NCBI GenBank assembly: GCA_951406725.2
Contig: OX597820.1
Location: 106,082,001-106,146,000 of the forward strand
Source of the DNA: Octopus vulgaris
Lineage: Eukaryota
Direction of reading: 5' to 3'
DNA length: 64,000 nt
Within the stretch, counting starts at the first letter, position 1. Each line of letters starts with the position of its first letter. Below are positions 25,736 through 39,867 of the stretch, one piece after another. Made by a program: the position numbers and the translations under genes. The notes beneath the pieces are model-generated. The model was not told the DNA's origin and did no database searches. It saw only the letters and a list, made by a program, of their open reading frames with translations.

Positions 25736-27299
25736 ATATTGTTTCAATTTTCTCTATCTTCACCTTTAACTTTTTTCTCGTTGTCCCTTTTTTTTATCCT
25801 CCTGTTTTCAGCCTTACTCGGTTTCCTCCTTTCTTTCTCTATCTCCCACCTTCTTTTCTTTATGTTCCCTTTGCCTTTATAACATATGCAATAGTATTTC
25901 GGGGGTTTTTTTTATGCTATCTGTTTCATTCAGTCTCTGATTGTTTGTTAGCCTCTCTCTTAAGTGCTTGTCTCTCTCTCTCTCTGCCTGTCTCCCTTAA
26001 GAGAAAGATAGAATGAAAAAATTAATCCCTGAAATCCCTTATTCTGCCTTATGTAAGAATGTAAGAAGTTCAATTCATTAATTGATACAACACCACAACT
26101 GCTATTGTATGGTAAGACATCTTTTCTGTCTTCTTCAATCTGTTTCTTTTGTTTTATTATTTATGACTTATAATGATAGTGGGGGAGAAGGCAAAGGAGG
26201 GGAGATTGAAGGAGGAGGAGGAGGAAGTGAAGGGGAGAAGGTTAAAGGGGGAGGAAGTGAAGGACAAATAGGTGAAAGATGATGATGATGAGGAGGAGGA
26301 GGATAACATAGTGGAAGGCATAGGAAGAGAAGGTGAAGAGGAGAGAGATAGAAAAGGAGAAAGAAGAGGAGAAAGAAGTGGAGAGAGGTAGAAAAGGGGG
26401 GGGAGAAGAGGAGAAAGAAGAAAAGGAAGAAGAGTGGAAGGAATAAAAGGAGGTGGAGAAGGAGTGCTGACTTGGTTTCAAATTTTCACACAAAGCCAAC
26501 AAGTTCAGGGAAAGGGGTGAGTTGATTACATCGACCCCAGTGTTCAACTGGTACTTATTTTACTGATCTTGAAAGGATGAAAGGCAAAGTCAACCTCTTT
26601 GACTTTGAGATCAATGTGGTTATGTTAAATATCTCAAGATAAATATCAGCATGAAAAAAAAGAATAATTTGGGAGATAGCTCTAGTTTGCTACAGTTCTG
26701 TGGGTAGGAAGGATTGGTAGAAAAGTGTGTAATGCAAGATCTAGGAGGTATGACAATGTGGGGGTGATGAGTATGGGGTATGTGATATGGCTTTAAGTAT
26801 AGTATATACACAATTAAGTGAATATTTTCCTAATCTTTTCTTTGTAGGACTGCTGCAGCGGTAGAAAAGTGTGTAATGCAAGAGTGGAGGAGCTGCCCAC
26901 TGCAGCTCCTCCACTCAACCATGTAAGGAAATTTTTTTTTGTAGTGTACACCCACCCACAACCAAATACTCCCCTCCCCCCCATACATATACACAGTACA
27001 TAGATAGGGTTACAATCCAAGCTGTGTCCTCTTGAAGCACATCATCTTATTCCAGCACTCCAAAAGGAGTATGTAGATGTTGTATTTGTGTGAGGTATGC
27101 ATAAGAATCGAAAAATACTGGAAAATATTTTTTACAGAGCAATTACACATCAAAACAAGAGATAGGTAAACATTTTTTGGTATTATTTATTCACCATTAC
27201 ACATGTTTCATTTGCTAATAGGAATCACAAAATTGTATATGTTGTACAAAGCATATAAGGTATCTCCTATTCAAATATTTTTCAAATTCAATTTTTATT

Positions 27300-30200
27300 C
27301 GCTCAAAAAGCAAAAGCAAGGCCATGTAGGGGGACAGGGAGTTATGTACAGGGAGGGTGGTCATACAAAGAGTTCAGGCCATTTCTGGTCAAGAGAGACT
27401 TTGAACCGAGCGGTCGTCGGTATCTTCACTATCTCATCCAGAAGCTTATTCCACGGATCCGCAACCCGGATGGAGAAAGCCCCTCTCCTTCGATTGAGAT
27501 GAAATCATCATAGATAGAGCTTTTCGGAGTGACCCCGCAGCCCACGCTCTGGAGCAGGAGTGAAGAACAGCTCTTTCGAGAGGTTACACTTTCCACCTAT
27601 GATGTCGTGAGCGAGAATGAGATCACCACGATGGCGGCAGCGTTTTTCGAGAGAATAAAGGTCGAGTGTCTTCAGCCTTTCTTCATAAGACAAATGCTTG
27701 AGATCAAGAACCATGCGTGTAGCCAGCTTCTGAACTCTTTCGAGATGATGTATGTCTTTGAGGAGATAAGAAGAGGCTTGAATCCCATACTCCAATATGG
27801 GTCTCACCAGCGGGACATAGATCGGTAGGAATATGGCTGCTGTGACCATTCCGAATGACCGTCGAATCAAAAACAGAACTCCGCGTGCTTTGTTGGCAGC
27901 ATGGATGCATTGGGCCGAAGGCGAAAAGGAAGAATCCACCAAGATACCCAGGTCTTTACTTGGTCAGTCTTCTCCAGCAGCAGACGACCTGGCTCGAAAT
28001 CAAGTTGAGTTGCAGGAGAGGAGCCAACAGGCAGATGACAGCACTTTGACACGTTCAGACACAGGTCCCATTCGTTTGACCATCTCCAAACTTGGTGGAG
28101 GCATCAACGAAGATCATCTATATCACTGCGAGGAGCAACCAGTTTGACATCGTTGGCAAATAGAAGGGTGTGTTGCATGAGGTCATTGGGCAAGTCATTT
28201 ATGAAGACTAAAAACAATAAGGGCCCAAGCACTGAACCTTGAGGCACACCACTACTCGCACTGGAGATGTCGGACAGTGAACCATTAACTTGGACTTGGA
28301 AGGAGTGATTTGAGAGGAAGGCACCAATCCATTGTACAATATCCGGATGGAAATTTGAAGCTTGACAAGTAATAGGCAGTGGTTAACCGAGTCAAAAGCT
28401 TTGGCAAAGTCCAATAAAAAGATGCCAACAGCACCACCATCATCCAGGATACCTCTTCGGTACAAAGCCGTGTTGGGAATCAGAGATAGAGGCTGTGTTT
28501 TGGAGGTGGAGCAACATACTTTTTTTGAGGATGGTTTCGAACATTATTGAAGTAAGGAAAACCGGTCGGTAGTTAAGCAGGTCTTCACAGCTCCCTTTCT
28601 TGAAAATTGGGCAGATTATCGCTGTTCTCCAGTCCACAGGTACAACACCTGTCGCCAATGACACATTGAATAGAAGTGTTAAAGGTTCGCAGATGACTGG
28701 AGCCAATGCTTTGATAACCTGTGGGTGTATGCCATCAGGACCGTGACCCTTGTTGACATCGAGGCCTTGAATAACGCATTCGACTTCGTCACGAGTGATG
28801 ACCAATCTAGGCATTGGAGGTACCGATCTATCAAATGGAGGGGCTTCATGACCATCATCTTGTTTGAAAATTGTCGAAAAAGCCTCGGCAAATAACTGAC
28901 TCTGCTTATAAGGGTCCTCAAATGATATGCCTTTTGAGTCTACCAACGTTGCAATTTGGTTGTTCAAGTGGAAATTCCATTGGCAAAGAAGATTTTTGGA
29001 TTGCGACTGGCGTTTGCCACGATTCTGTATTCATATCTGAAGCGTTCTTCCTTTTCAATTTTCACGGCTCTGTCTCGTTGAGTTTTGTACACCTCAAAAG
29101 CTGCAGTCGAATCTTGATTTTTGAATTCAGCCCAAGCAATATCTCTGAGCCAAAGTTCTTGTTTAACCTTCTTCATCACCCAGGACTTGTGTTTCTTCTT
29201 GGGAAACCCATCGGGGACTGCTTGGTCAGTCAACCAGATTACATATGCTTTGAGGGACGACCATAGTTCGTCAACTGTGGAAATCGTCATCAGGGATCAC
29301 CAGTCCAGAAGCGCAGAAGCCTCGGTTAGAATTTCAAGATTGATTGCAGAGAAGACTCTACGTGGCAGCGAAGTAGTCGTGGGCGTAGAAAAAGTTGTGT
29401 GCATGTCGAACTTCAGGACTGCGTGATCACTCTTGGCAAGAGGGGCGCACACAGATAAGTCTGATACTGATCTTGGATAGCGGGAGAATACCAGATCCAG
29501 CATAGATGGCTGCTGCCCAGACCGATGCCTTGTCGGAGATTCAACATGTTGCGATAGAAAACAATCTTCAGCCACATCAAGAAGCGCCTGGCCGAACCGG
29601 GAAGATGATGTACAAATTGATGCGGGCCAATCAATCGAGGGAGCGTTGAAGTCTCCTAATATCAAACATTCATGAGAAGATGAAACGAATCTTATCGCTT
29701 TGAGTAAATGAGCATCGTCCTGGGGGTCAGCAAGAGGCGGCCTGTAGACAGCTAACACGGGCAAACAAAACCCAGATAGGCTCAGCTTGCAATAGACGGC
29801 ATCGAATTTTGTTGTAGGTTGAGCATTAGTAGGTAGAATACCGCTGGATGGTTTGAGATCAGATTTAACATACACAGCAACACCTCCACCTCGCCTTTTT
29901 TCTCTGTCACATCTGAAGAGGGCGTAGCCCTGTAGGTGGATTTCCGAGTCCTTTACTGCTGGAGTCAGCCAAGTTTCGGTGATAGATATCACATCTGGGG
30001 AATCACACATGGCCAGTGTAAATAATTCGCTGAACTTTAGAAATAAGGAGCACGAGTTGGTATAGACGATGCTGAGCTGTGAAGTTTGAGGGGCAGGAAT
30101 TAGGGAACAAGCAGAATAAGGGGTATCAGAGATAGCATCGTATCTACTTTACTTTGATTTGCCCTCGATTCACTTTCCCTGTCAGCACTACAGCATGTGA

Positions 30201-31540
30201 CCAGAGGTAGGACTTGATTATTTGTCCATCTTGGATGCGTAAACCCTTCTCTCCCGTCTGTTTTCTCATCTTCAGCTCGGATATCAGGTTTCTCCGACGA
30301 ATTCTCTCTCACAGTGAGTATTCCTCACGAAAACCCATATTGGGGTCCTCCCAGGCATGCTTCTGAGCTCTGTTCAGAAAGGTTGAAGCCTCCTGATCGG
30401 CAGAAAAGATTACTCTTATTTGGTGTGGTGTAGTGTCTGGGGTTGAGATCACTTGGAATCTTCCTAGCCGAGCGACCTTATGGATACTGACATTTTCGTT
30501 GACAGAGAACAATTCTCCAACTAAAACGGAAACAAAGTTTATGTCATCTTTTAGGCGGTTTATGCCTGTATCACCGGTGGATTCAGCTTTACCATAAATG
30601 ATTGCTGATCTTGAGTGGGCAAAATGGTCGTTCTGTTCTCTACTTGAACTGCGGCATTCGATTCTTCAACGGATAAATTAGAAAGGGCGGTTTCATTGCC
30701 ATCAGACTTATGTAGGTCGTTGGGGTCGATTGGAATGGGTTTAGTGGTCATAACTTTCCCACCTGGTTTGGAACGGCACTGCCTCTTCTTCGTTTTGGAG
30801 GAGCACCACTCCCCAGAATGAACTCACATCAAGATCATTCAAAATTGGTTGAGCAATGGCATTGATGGGAAGGACAAGTGAGGGAGAATCCAAACAGATT
30901 TGATCTTGAGCAGGTTTCGCAGCTAAATCTGCCCCACTGGAGTTTTGACTACGTTTCTTCTTTTTGGGAGAGCAACAGTCTTCAGGTGGGTTTGAGTCTA
31001 TGCTCTTCAATTCAGGTTGGGGAACCTCCAGGATCGAAACGGCAGATGAGGAAGAATCCATACAGATAGGATCATGAGTGGAAACGACCGCCGGTTTTTT
31101 TGCCTTCTTTGACCGCTTCGATTTTGATCCCTTCAGTTTGGAAGTCCTTAGGGAAGAAATCACGGGTGGCTCTGCGTCAATAGGAGACTTTGAATGGGAT
31201 TCAGTTTGTTTATTCTGTAACTCAGCAACAACAGACTTAAGGTGCTCGACCTCTTGTTTAAGCAACAGCAATTGCTCGTTGAGATGTTTGTTAGTAAGAC
31301 TATCTTCTTGATGAGAAATCTTGATTTCAGGGTCTTCATGTGAAAGTTTGATATCACTGATCGCCTTATTAACTGAATTTTCCAAAATAGGATCAGCAGA
31401 GCGAGCCCTTTTTGCCGATCTCAGTTTCAATTTGTAGGTAGCTGAGCCAGGCTTGGACAACATGATAGATGGTTGACAAAAACAATCTTTTATAGCTGCC
31501 AGGGTTCTAGGATAATTCTGATAGTTAAAAACAGGAACAA
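27300..31540 (-). mobile_element. CR1-clade LINE, near full length (ORF1 + APE-RT ORF2), frameshifted
   Basis: APE motifs ISITETWL, GGGVAVYV, VYRPP, ILGDFN, LDLVF and SDH. RT motifs GPDGIHP, WRTAIICPIFKKG, NYRPV, QHGF, LDFAKAFDSVNH and FAND (catalytic DD mutated). C-terminus LVRPILEYG, LERVQKLATRMV and RGDLI; (TTTTGC)n tail. Confidence 0.93.
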
Positions 31541-33475
31541 AAACAGCTGCAATCTTTGTAGGTGTAGATAACAGCAGACAAAATCTGAGAAAGTGTGGGT
31601 TGAGCCAAGTCATGATCAAAGATTGAAAGTAGACGGTGAAACGAGTCAGGAACTTTTCTTCTTTATCTGTAAGTAGCTTTAGGATAAGGAATAGTAGGTC
31701 CAACTTTAGAATATTGATATGCATGTAAAATGCTCCACATGGTTAAATATTATTTGTTGTGTTATTTAGTACTTCAATATTTGCGTGTGCGTATGTTTGT
31801 ATATATGTGAATAAATGTGTTTCTGTGCGAGAAGGCTCATGTTTTTGTCTTTCGTTAATTTCATTTTATTTTTTCTCACGTTTTTCCCTTTTAAAATATT
31901 TTTTAAAGTAATTTTTACACTGGAGGGAGAGCTGAAGGTTTGTTTTTATTGTAAATTCTCTTTTCTCCCAGCAAAAGAAAAAAAAAGAAAGGGATTTTTC
32001 ATTGGTGTCACCAGTATGATTCAGACACGGGGAAAAACATCTCGATGTCACCGTCAACTTGTTATGTTTCTAATTGTAGCAGTAGTAGTAGTTGTTTCTG
32101 ATAGTAGGAGTCCAATCGGTCAAAAAGAGTTCAAATTCTTCTGACAGATAATCAAATAACATTGTTTTCAAATTTTGGCACAAAGCCAGCAGTTTTGGGG
32201 GAGAGGGTAAGTTGATTATATTGACCCCTAGTACTCAACTGATACTTATTTTATCGACCTCGAAAAGATGAAAGGAATTTGAACTCAGGATGTAAAGACA
32301 GACAAAATGCTGCTAAGCATTTTGCCCAGTGTGCTAATGATTCTGCCAGTTTGCCACCTTAAGAAAGAATCAAATAATATCATTTGTTTCTCCTACATGT
32401 ACAATTTTGTAACTCCTATTAACAAATGAAACACATGTAATGGTGAGTAAATAATAGGAAAAAAGCTTTTTCCAATTTCCTGCTTGGAGGACATTCTTTC
32501 TTTTCTCTTGACTCTTAAACTACTAATGCTCTGTGACGAAAGAAAAGATAAAAAACATTTCATGGATTTCCTTTATATTATAATTTTTTAATAATTGATG
32601 AAATGTCTCACTTCATAAAATAATGTTTCATTAACAAGTTACAGGTTATATCATGCTGATAATTTCTAAAAAGAACGAGATAGTGTCATACAAGATTGCC
32701 ATCAACTACAAATTGTAAGAACTTTAAAATAAGTAAACAAAACATAAAATTAAATACGTGAATTCTATGTATCTTTTTCCTTGTTATTCCTTATTTCAAA
32801 TTGAAATTTCTAATCCCATCTCATATTATGAAGAATTGATTATCTCCCTAGTAATAGCTGTTATTACTGGAGACACCACATGCATGTATATCATCATGAC
32901 CACCGCTGCCGCCGCCGCCACCATCACAATCATCATCGTTTATTGTCTCTATTCCATGTTGGCATGGGTTGGATAGTTAGGCAGGATGAGTCAGAGTACT
33001 GTTGATCACCAATGTTTTCTTTTGTATGCTTTGTATGGCTGGATATATGCTTCCTAATCCCAGTCAACAGAGTGTACTGGGTGGTTTTTTCATGGCACCA
33101 CTACTAGTGAAGTCACCAAGTATTTCATAATACAAGACCTACCTCCTTCACAGAGTGTGGTGTCCAGTATGGCAGAAGATGGTTTGTGCCAAGTGTTGAG
33201 AGGTTAATGTATGAAAGAGAGACAAGAACAGGTGTCTTGCTGTAGAGGAGATACATAGCTACACATACACACACACACACACAGAGTTTTTTCCATTCAG
33301 TTGTTGTCTACCATTCCACTCACAAGGCATTGGTCGGCTGTTTTTATAAGAGAAGACAGTTTTCAAAGGTTACACACAGTTGGATTGAACCTTCTGGTGA
33401 TATCTTAGGCATTTCAGTAATAGCAACTGAGGTACACACCCAACATACCACACCCATATATGATTGTTCTCATCT

Positions 33476-33520
<45 letters not shown>

Positions 33521-33673
33521 GTTTTTATGCTATGTAAAGTATATGTACATGCTACACATTTCTAATGTTACATAGATTGTTTACAAGAAATTATGTGATT
33601 TCACTATCAACATTTCTAACCAATTTCTTTAAAACCCCTAAATTGTATGTTAACACACACATTCTCACACACG

Positions 33674-33733
<60 letters not shown>

Positions 33734-34354
33734 TACACACACACACACACACAAATGCACACACAAACTCCTCTCAAATTTTCTGCTCAAGGCCCCTCTT
33801 CCCCCAATTCTCTCTCTCTTTCCCTCATTCACTTTCTGTTAATCTCTCTTTCTCAAAGAATCTAATCAGAAATGGCATGTGGTGTATTTACTCCATACAA
33901 CAGACTGTTTTACATTTACACAATGAACAACTGTTTAAAACCCTTGAAAGATAAGACTTGCTTTCTGATTTAGTTAGGATATCCATAAATACCCTACAGC
34001 TCTCTCTCAGGCAATGTTTAGAAGTATACAAAGATACATTTACACCCACCCACACCAATGCATGTGTGTGCACACAGACTTGTATAATATATATATCTCT
34101 GGCTCATCTATTCTTATCAAGCTGTCCAGCCCATACCAACATGGTAAAAAGAACACCAAAGAATGAGGACAATAATCACACACACACACACAAAACATCC
34201 AAGGGTATAGTTTTTTCCCCACTGAAGATATTATACTCAGGTCATATAAATATAAATTTGATATTTACTGAAACAGCTGTAAGTTAAGATGATTAATTTG
34301 CTGTTAATAATAAACAATAATTAACTTTCCAATCTCCATTTTCTTTTTCTTCTG

Positions 34355-34395
<41 letters not shown>

Positions 34396-34679
34396 CCATA
34401 GATGATATCTCAGTAGTCGATTATCAGTAGTATATTTCAGATGTTTAAACACTTAAATTTGAATTTTTGTGGCATTAATTTGAAGAAAGATAAATGGCAG
34501 GTAGAGGCAGAGTCCAAAACTGTTTACCTCAGAGAAACTGGCCTTTTGGATCAGTGAGAAAAAAATTGCCTTTAATGTATGTGTATGTATAAAATATGTA
34601 TGCCTATGCATACACACACACACACATATGCACACATACAAACACATTTTATATATATATATATTCACAAGACTTATGT

Positions 34680-34945
34680 GAAGGCACATGGCTCAGTAGT
34701 TGGAGCGTTGAGCTCACAATCATGAGATAGTGAGTTCAATTCCAAGACCAGGCTGTGTGTTGTGTTCTTGAGCAAGACACTTTATTCACATTGCTCCAGT
34801 TCACTCAGCTGCAGAAATGAGTTGCAACTTCACTAGTGCAAAGCTGTATTGACATTTGCCTTCCCCTTGGATAACATTGGTGGCATGGTGAGAGGAAGCT
34901 AGTATGTATGGGTGACCACTGGTCTTCCATAAACAACCTTGCCTT
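34680..34945 (+). mobile_element. tRNA-derived SINE
   Basis: TGGCTCAGTAG A box, GAGTTCAATTCC B box and CTTGAGCAAGACACTT core; similar element at ~47020-47270. Confidence 0.75.
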
Positions 34946-35685
34946 GGAGGTAGACCCAGGAAAACCTGGGATGAGGTGGTGAAGCATGACCTTCAAACAT
35001 TGGGCCTTACCAAGGCAATGACTAGTGACCGGGACCTTTGGAGATATACTGTGCTTGAGAAGACCTGACAAGCCAAGTGAGACCATAGCCCATGGCCTAT
35101 GCCAGTGGGTGTAACCAGCCCACTTATGAGTACCCCTCATTCATTGGACAATGAACTTTGCTTGCAAAGACCTATTGAGGCAAGTGTAAACAAATCAAAA
35201 TCGCTGACGTGGCCGATGACAGTGCTGCCTGATTGGCACTCATGCCAGTGGAACATTAAAAGCACATCCAAGCATGATTGTTGCCAGGGTCACGGATTGG
35301 CTCCCATGCCGGTGACTTGTGAAAAGCACCATTCAAGCGTGATTGTTGCCAGCATCACCTTACCAGCACATATGCCAGTGGCACATGAAAAACAACATTT
35401 GAGCATGGTTGTTGCCATTGCTGCCGGACTGACTCCCATGCAGTTAGCATGTAAAAACACCTTTTGAACGTGGTTGTTGCAAGAACCACCTGACTGGCCC
35501 TCATGCACGTGGCATGTAAAAGCACCCACTACACTCTCGAAGTGGTTGGTATTAGGAAGGGCATCAAGCTGTAGAAACTTTGCCAAATCAGATTGAGTTT
35601 GGTGCAGCCTCTGGCTTGCCAGTCCTCAGCCAAACCGCCCAACCCATGCCAGCATGGAAAGCGGACGTTAAATGATGATGATGAT
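34946..35685 (+). mobile_element. RTE LINE 3' end
   Basis: GRPRKTWDEVVKHDLQTLGL followed by the repeat-bearing 3' UTR and a (GAT)n tail. Confidence 0.85.
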
Positions 35686-35697
35686 ATACATGTATAT

Positions 35698-35853
35698 AAA
35701 CAATATTGAACACTCATACACAAGGTGTGTTTTGCTAGTTTGTGGGTAAGCTGCATTTATACGTATAAGAGAATATATCCTCTTTTACCCATAAGCACAG
35801 CCACCCCACAAACTAGCAAAACACACCTTGTGTATGAGTGTTCAATATTGTTT
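35698..35853. repeat. Foldback hairpin of about 155 bp
   Basis: AAACAATATTGAACACTCATACACAAGGTGTGTTTTGCTAGTTTGTGGG is mirrored at 35805-35853. Confidence 0.9.
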
Positions 35854-35897
35854 CTATCTCTTGAGCTACTTTTAATTCATACATGAACGTATACATA

Positions 35898-36125
35898 CAG
35901 GGTGACCCAAAAGTAGGTTTACAGTTATCATGTAGGCACTTTAAATTTCTTTTAAAACATTTTATTGAATTTAAATTTCTATTTTTCAAACTGAAATTTT
36001 GACAATATTAACTTAATTAGCATTGAATAATGGTTTCATATGTTTTTTTTTATAATTCAGTTCTAAACTGTTAATATATAAATGTGAGAAAGTTGAATGA
36101 TTGTAAACCTACTTTTGGGCCACCC

Positions 36126-36127
<2 letters not shown>
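35898..36127. mobile_element. Tc1/mariner MITE
   Basis: TA-CAGGGTGACCCAAAAGTAGGTTTACA ... TGTAAACCTACTTTTGGGCCACCCTG-TA. Confidence 0.9.
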
Positions 36128-36172
<45 letters not shown>

Positions 36173-36208
36173 GTATATACATATATATCATCATCATCAT
36201 CATCATCA

Positions 36209-38915
36209 TCGTTTAACGTCCGCTTTCCATGCTAGCATGGGTTGGACAATTTTGACTGTGGGCTGGCAAACCAGATGGCTACACCAGGCTCCAATCTTGA
36301 TTTGGCAGAGTTTCTACAGCTAGATGCCCTTCCTAATGTCAACCACTCCAAGAGTGTAGTGGGTGCTTTTTATGTGCCGCCGGCACGGGCCAGTCAGGCG
36401 GTACTGGCAACGACCTCGCTCGAATCTTTTACACATGCCACTGGCACAGGTGCCAGGAAGGTGACATTGGTAACGATCACGCTCGAATGGTGCCCTTTTA
36501 CGTGCCACTGGCACGGAAGCCAGTTGGTTGCTCTGGCAACAATCACACTCAGATGGTGCTCTTGGCACCCTACTAGCGTGGGCACAAGTGCCAGTAAGGT
36601 GACTCTGGTAACAATGATGCTCGAATGGTGCCTTTGAAGTGCCACTGGCATGGAAGCCAGTTAGCTGCTCTGTCAATGATCACACTCGTATGGTGCTCTT
36701 TGCACCCTGCTAGCGCGGACGCCAGTCATCGAATTTGATTTTGGTTTTGATTTTGATTGATTTCACTTGGCTCAACAGGTCTTCGCAAGCAGAGTTTTAG
36801 TGTCCAAAGCAAGAAAAGGTACGCATAAGTGGGCTGGTTACGCCCCTGGTATAGGCCATGAGATTATGGTTTCATTTGACTTGCCGGGTCTTCTCACACA
36901 CGGCATATTTCCAAAGGTCTCGGTGACTAGTCATTTCCTTGGTGAGGCCCAAAGTTCAAAGGTCGTGCTTCACCACTTCATCCCAGGTCTTCCAGGGTCT
37001 ACCTCTTCCACAGGTTCCCTCAACTGCTAGGGTGTGGCACTTTTTCATACAACTGTCCTCATCCATTCTTGCCACATGACCATAAAAGTGCAGTCATCTC
37101 TCTTGCACACCACATGTGATGCTTCTTAGGTCCAACTTTTCTCTCAAGGTACTTACATTCTGTCGAGTATGAACACTGACATTACACATCCATCGGATCA
37201 TACTGGCTTCATTCCTTGTGAAATTATGCATGTCCTCAACAGTCACGGCCCATGTTTCACTGCCATGTAGCATGGCTGTTCGTACACATGTGTCATACAG
37301 TCTACCTTTTACTCTGAGCAAGAGGCCCTTTGTCACCAGCAGAGGTAAGAGCTCTCTGAACTTTGCCCAGGCTATTCTTATTCTAGCAGCTACACTTTCA
37401 GCGCACCTTCCCCTGCTACTGACCTGGTCACCTAGGTAATGGAAGCTATCAACTTCTTCTAGTGTTTCTCCCTGAAATGTGGCAGAAGTTGTTCTCTGCA
37501 CATTTTCAGTGTTTATTGCTCCCGAGCATCTGCCACATACAAAAACTATCTTCCCAGTTAGCCTTCCTTTGATATTACTGCACCTCTTATGTATCCATAG
37601 CTTACACTGGGTACATCTTATAGAGTTTCTACCTATGCCTCTACTACAGATTGAGCAGGGCCATCTACCTGAAGGGGTTTGTGGTTTGCCTGCCTTCCTA
37701 CATATTACGATTTTGATTTTAGCTAGGTTGATTCTGAGGTCCTTCGATTCTAATCCTTGTTTCCACACTTGAAACTTCGCCTCTAGTTCTGATAGTGACT
37801 CAGAAATTAGAGCAAGGTCGTCAGCATAGAGGAACTCCCAGGGGCATCCTGTCTTGAATTCTTTCATTATTGCCTGGAGGACTATGATAAATAGGAAGGC
37901 ACTGAGGACTGAACCTTGGTGGACCCCTACCTCTACTCCGAATTCTTCAGATGCCAACCCTCACCTTACTGACAGTATCCCTGAACATGGCTTGTACAGC
38001 TCTCACCAACCACTCATCTATCCCAAGTTTCCACATTGACCACTAGGTAAGGAATCAGGGGACCCTGTCAAAGGCTTTCTCCATGTCAACAAAAGCCAGG
38101 TACAGGGGCTTATCCTTGGCTAGGTATTTCTCCTGCAACTGTCTTACCAGAAATATAGCATCAGTGGTGCTTTTCCCTGACACCAAACCAAACTGCATCT
38201 CATCCAAGCTGACTCTCTCCCTAATCAGTTGGGCTATGACCCTCTCCATAACCTTCATTACCTGATCCAACAGCTTGATACCTCTGTAATTATTTGTATC
38301 TAAAACGTCACCTTTACCTTTGTAGCAGTTGACTATTATGCTGCTACACCAGTCATTGGGTATGACTCCTTCATGTATCACCTGGTTAACTATACAGGTG
38401 ACTAGGCTATAACCAACACTGCCAGATATTTTGAGCATCTCTGCAGTAATTCCTGATGGGCCTGAGGCTTTCCCTGTCTTCATGCTTCTAATTGCCTTTA
38501 CTACCAAGGAACTGTCAACTCCGATAGCTGGTCCCTCTGTTGGGTCGACATTTTGCAGACTCTCTTTCTCCCATTCATTTTCTTTATTGAGTAACCTTTC
38601 ATAGTGGTGTCTCGAAACCTCTCTCTTTGCAGCCTTGTTTAGTGCAAGTGAACCATCATCCATGTGGACACATTTCTCTCCAACCACATCATGATTCTCT
38701 CTCACGCACTGTCTTGCAACACAAAATACTTCAAGTCTTTCGTCCTCACGGCGCAGAACATTGGCAAATTTTTTCTTATCTGCTTTCCCTTGGGCTAAAT
38801 AAACCTGCCTCCTAGCTTCCCTTCTGGCAGTCTGAACAATTCCCTGCTACCACCGTTCTTCCAGTCCTTCCAAGCCTTTTGTCTAATAGCCCTGTCAACA
38901 ACATTGTTCCACCAC
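36209..38915 (-). mobile_element. RTE-clade LINE, 5'-truncated (same family as 5447-7775)
   Basis: ORFs of 216 and 287 aa with AFVDMEKAFDRVP, GVHQGSVLS and LYADDL, plus an inserted PHD-like CSIC...CTQCKLWIHKRC...FVCGRC; (GAT)n tail. Confidence 0.95.
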
Positions 38916-39867
38916 CATATATATACAGACATATATTCATATATTTGTGTGTGTGTGTACATATACACACATACATATTTAACTTCACCATTTGAACGTC
39001 CAGTTTTCTGCTTGCATGAGCAAGATGGAATTTGTCAAAGCAGATTTTTTATGCTAGGATTCCCTTTCTGTTACCATTACTCACATGTTTCTAAGGGTGG
39101 TAATATTTTCCCGTGGCCAGATATGTTTTCATGGAATCCAAAATTAATGACTCCACCTTTATAATAGTGACACTTGTTTACATCTGTGGCATACGCATCA
39201 CACACACATATACAATGGACTTCTTTTATTACTCTCTACCAAATTCCTTCACAACGCTTTGGTCAGCCGGAGGTTATAGCAGAATATACTTTTCCAAAAT
39301 TTGAAGTACCATACAATGGAACTGAAGTTGAAACCATGTGGTTGGGAAGCAAACTTCTTAACTACCTGGTAATCCCTAGAGATGCTGCATCAAGATGCAA
39401 TCTCTAATTGTAGAGAGAACATATCGAAGGGGTAGACCCAGGAAGACGTGGGACTCAGTGGTGAGAAAGGATCAACAGAGGGGATGACAGAGAACCAAAA
39501 CTCCTGCTGGTTTGTTATGCTTCAAAGGACATGTCAAGCTAAGAAAAGCATGGTTGCCCTTGTATACAAACTCGTCCCCTGCAACCCTCTCTAGCAGAGC
39601 ATCCCTAATCTTACAGGCTTGTAGGTGCTGGTGACATGTAAAAAGCACCCATGCTGGTGCTATGTAAAGGCACCCAGTACACTCTGTAAAGTGGTTGGCA
39701 TTAGGAAAGGCATCCAACCAGAGAAACCATACTAAAACAGACATGGATCCTGAATAAATCTTCAACTGGTCAGTTCCTGTCAAACCATCCAACCCATGAC
39801 AGCATGAAAAACAGACGTTAAATGATGATGATGATGATGATGATGATGATGTTGATATATATATATA

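Noticed and set aside
30741-31724. 327-aa ORF as a host gene
   Set aside because: It is CR1 ORF1 plus read-through of upstream sequence.
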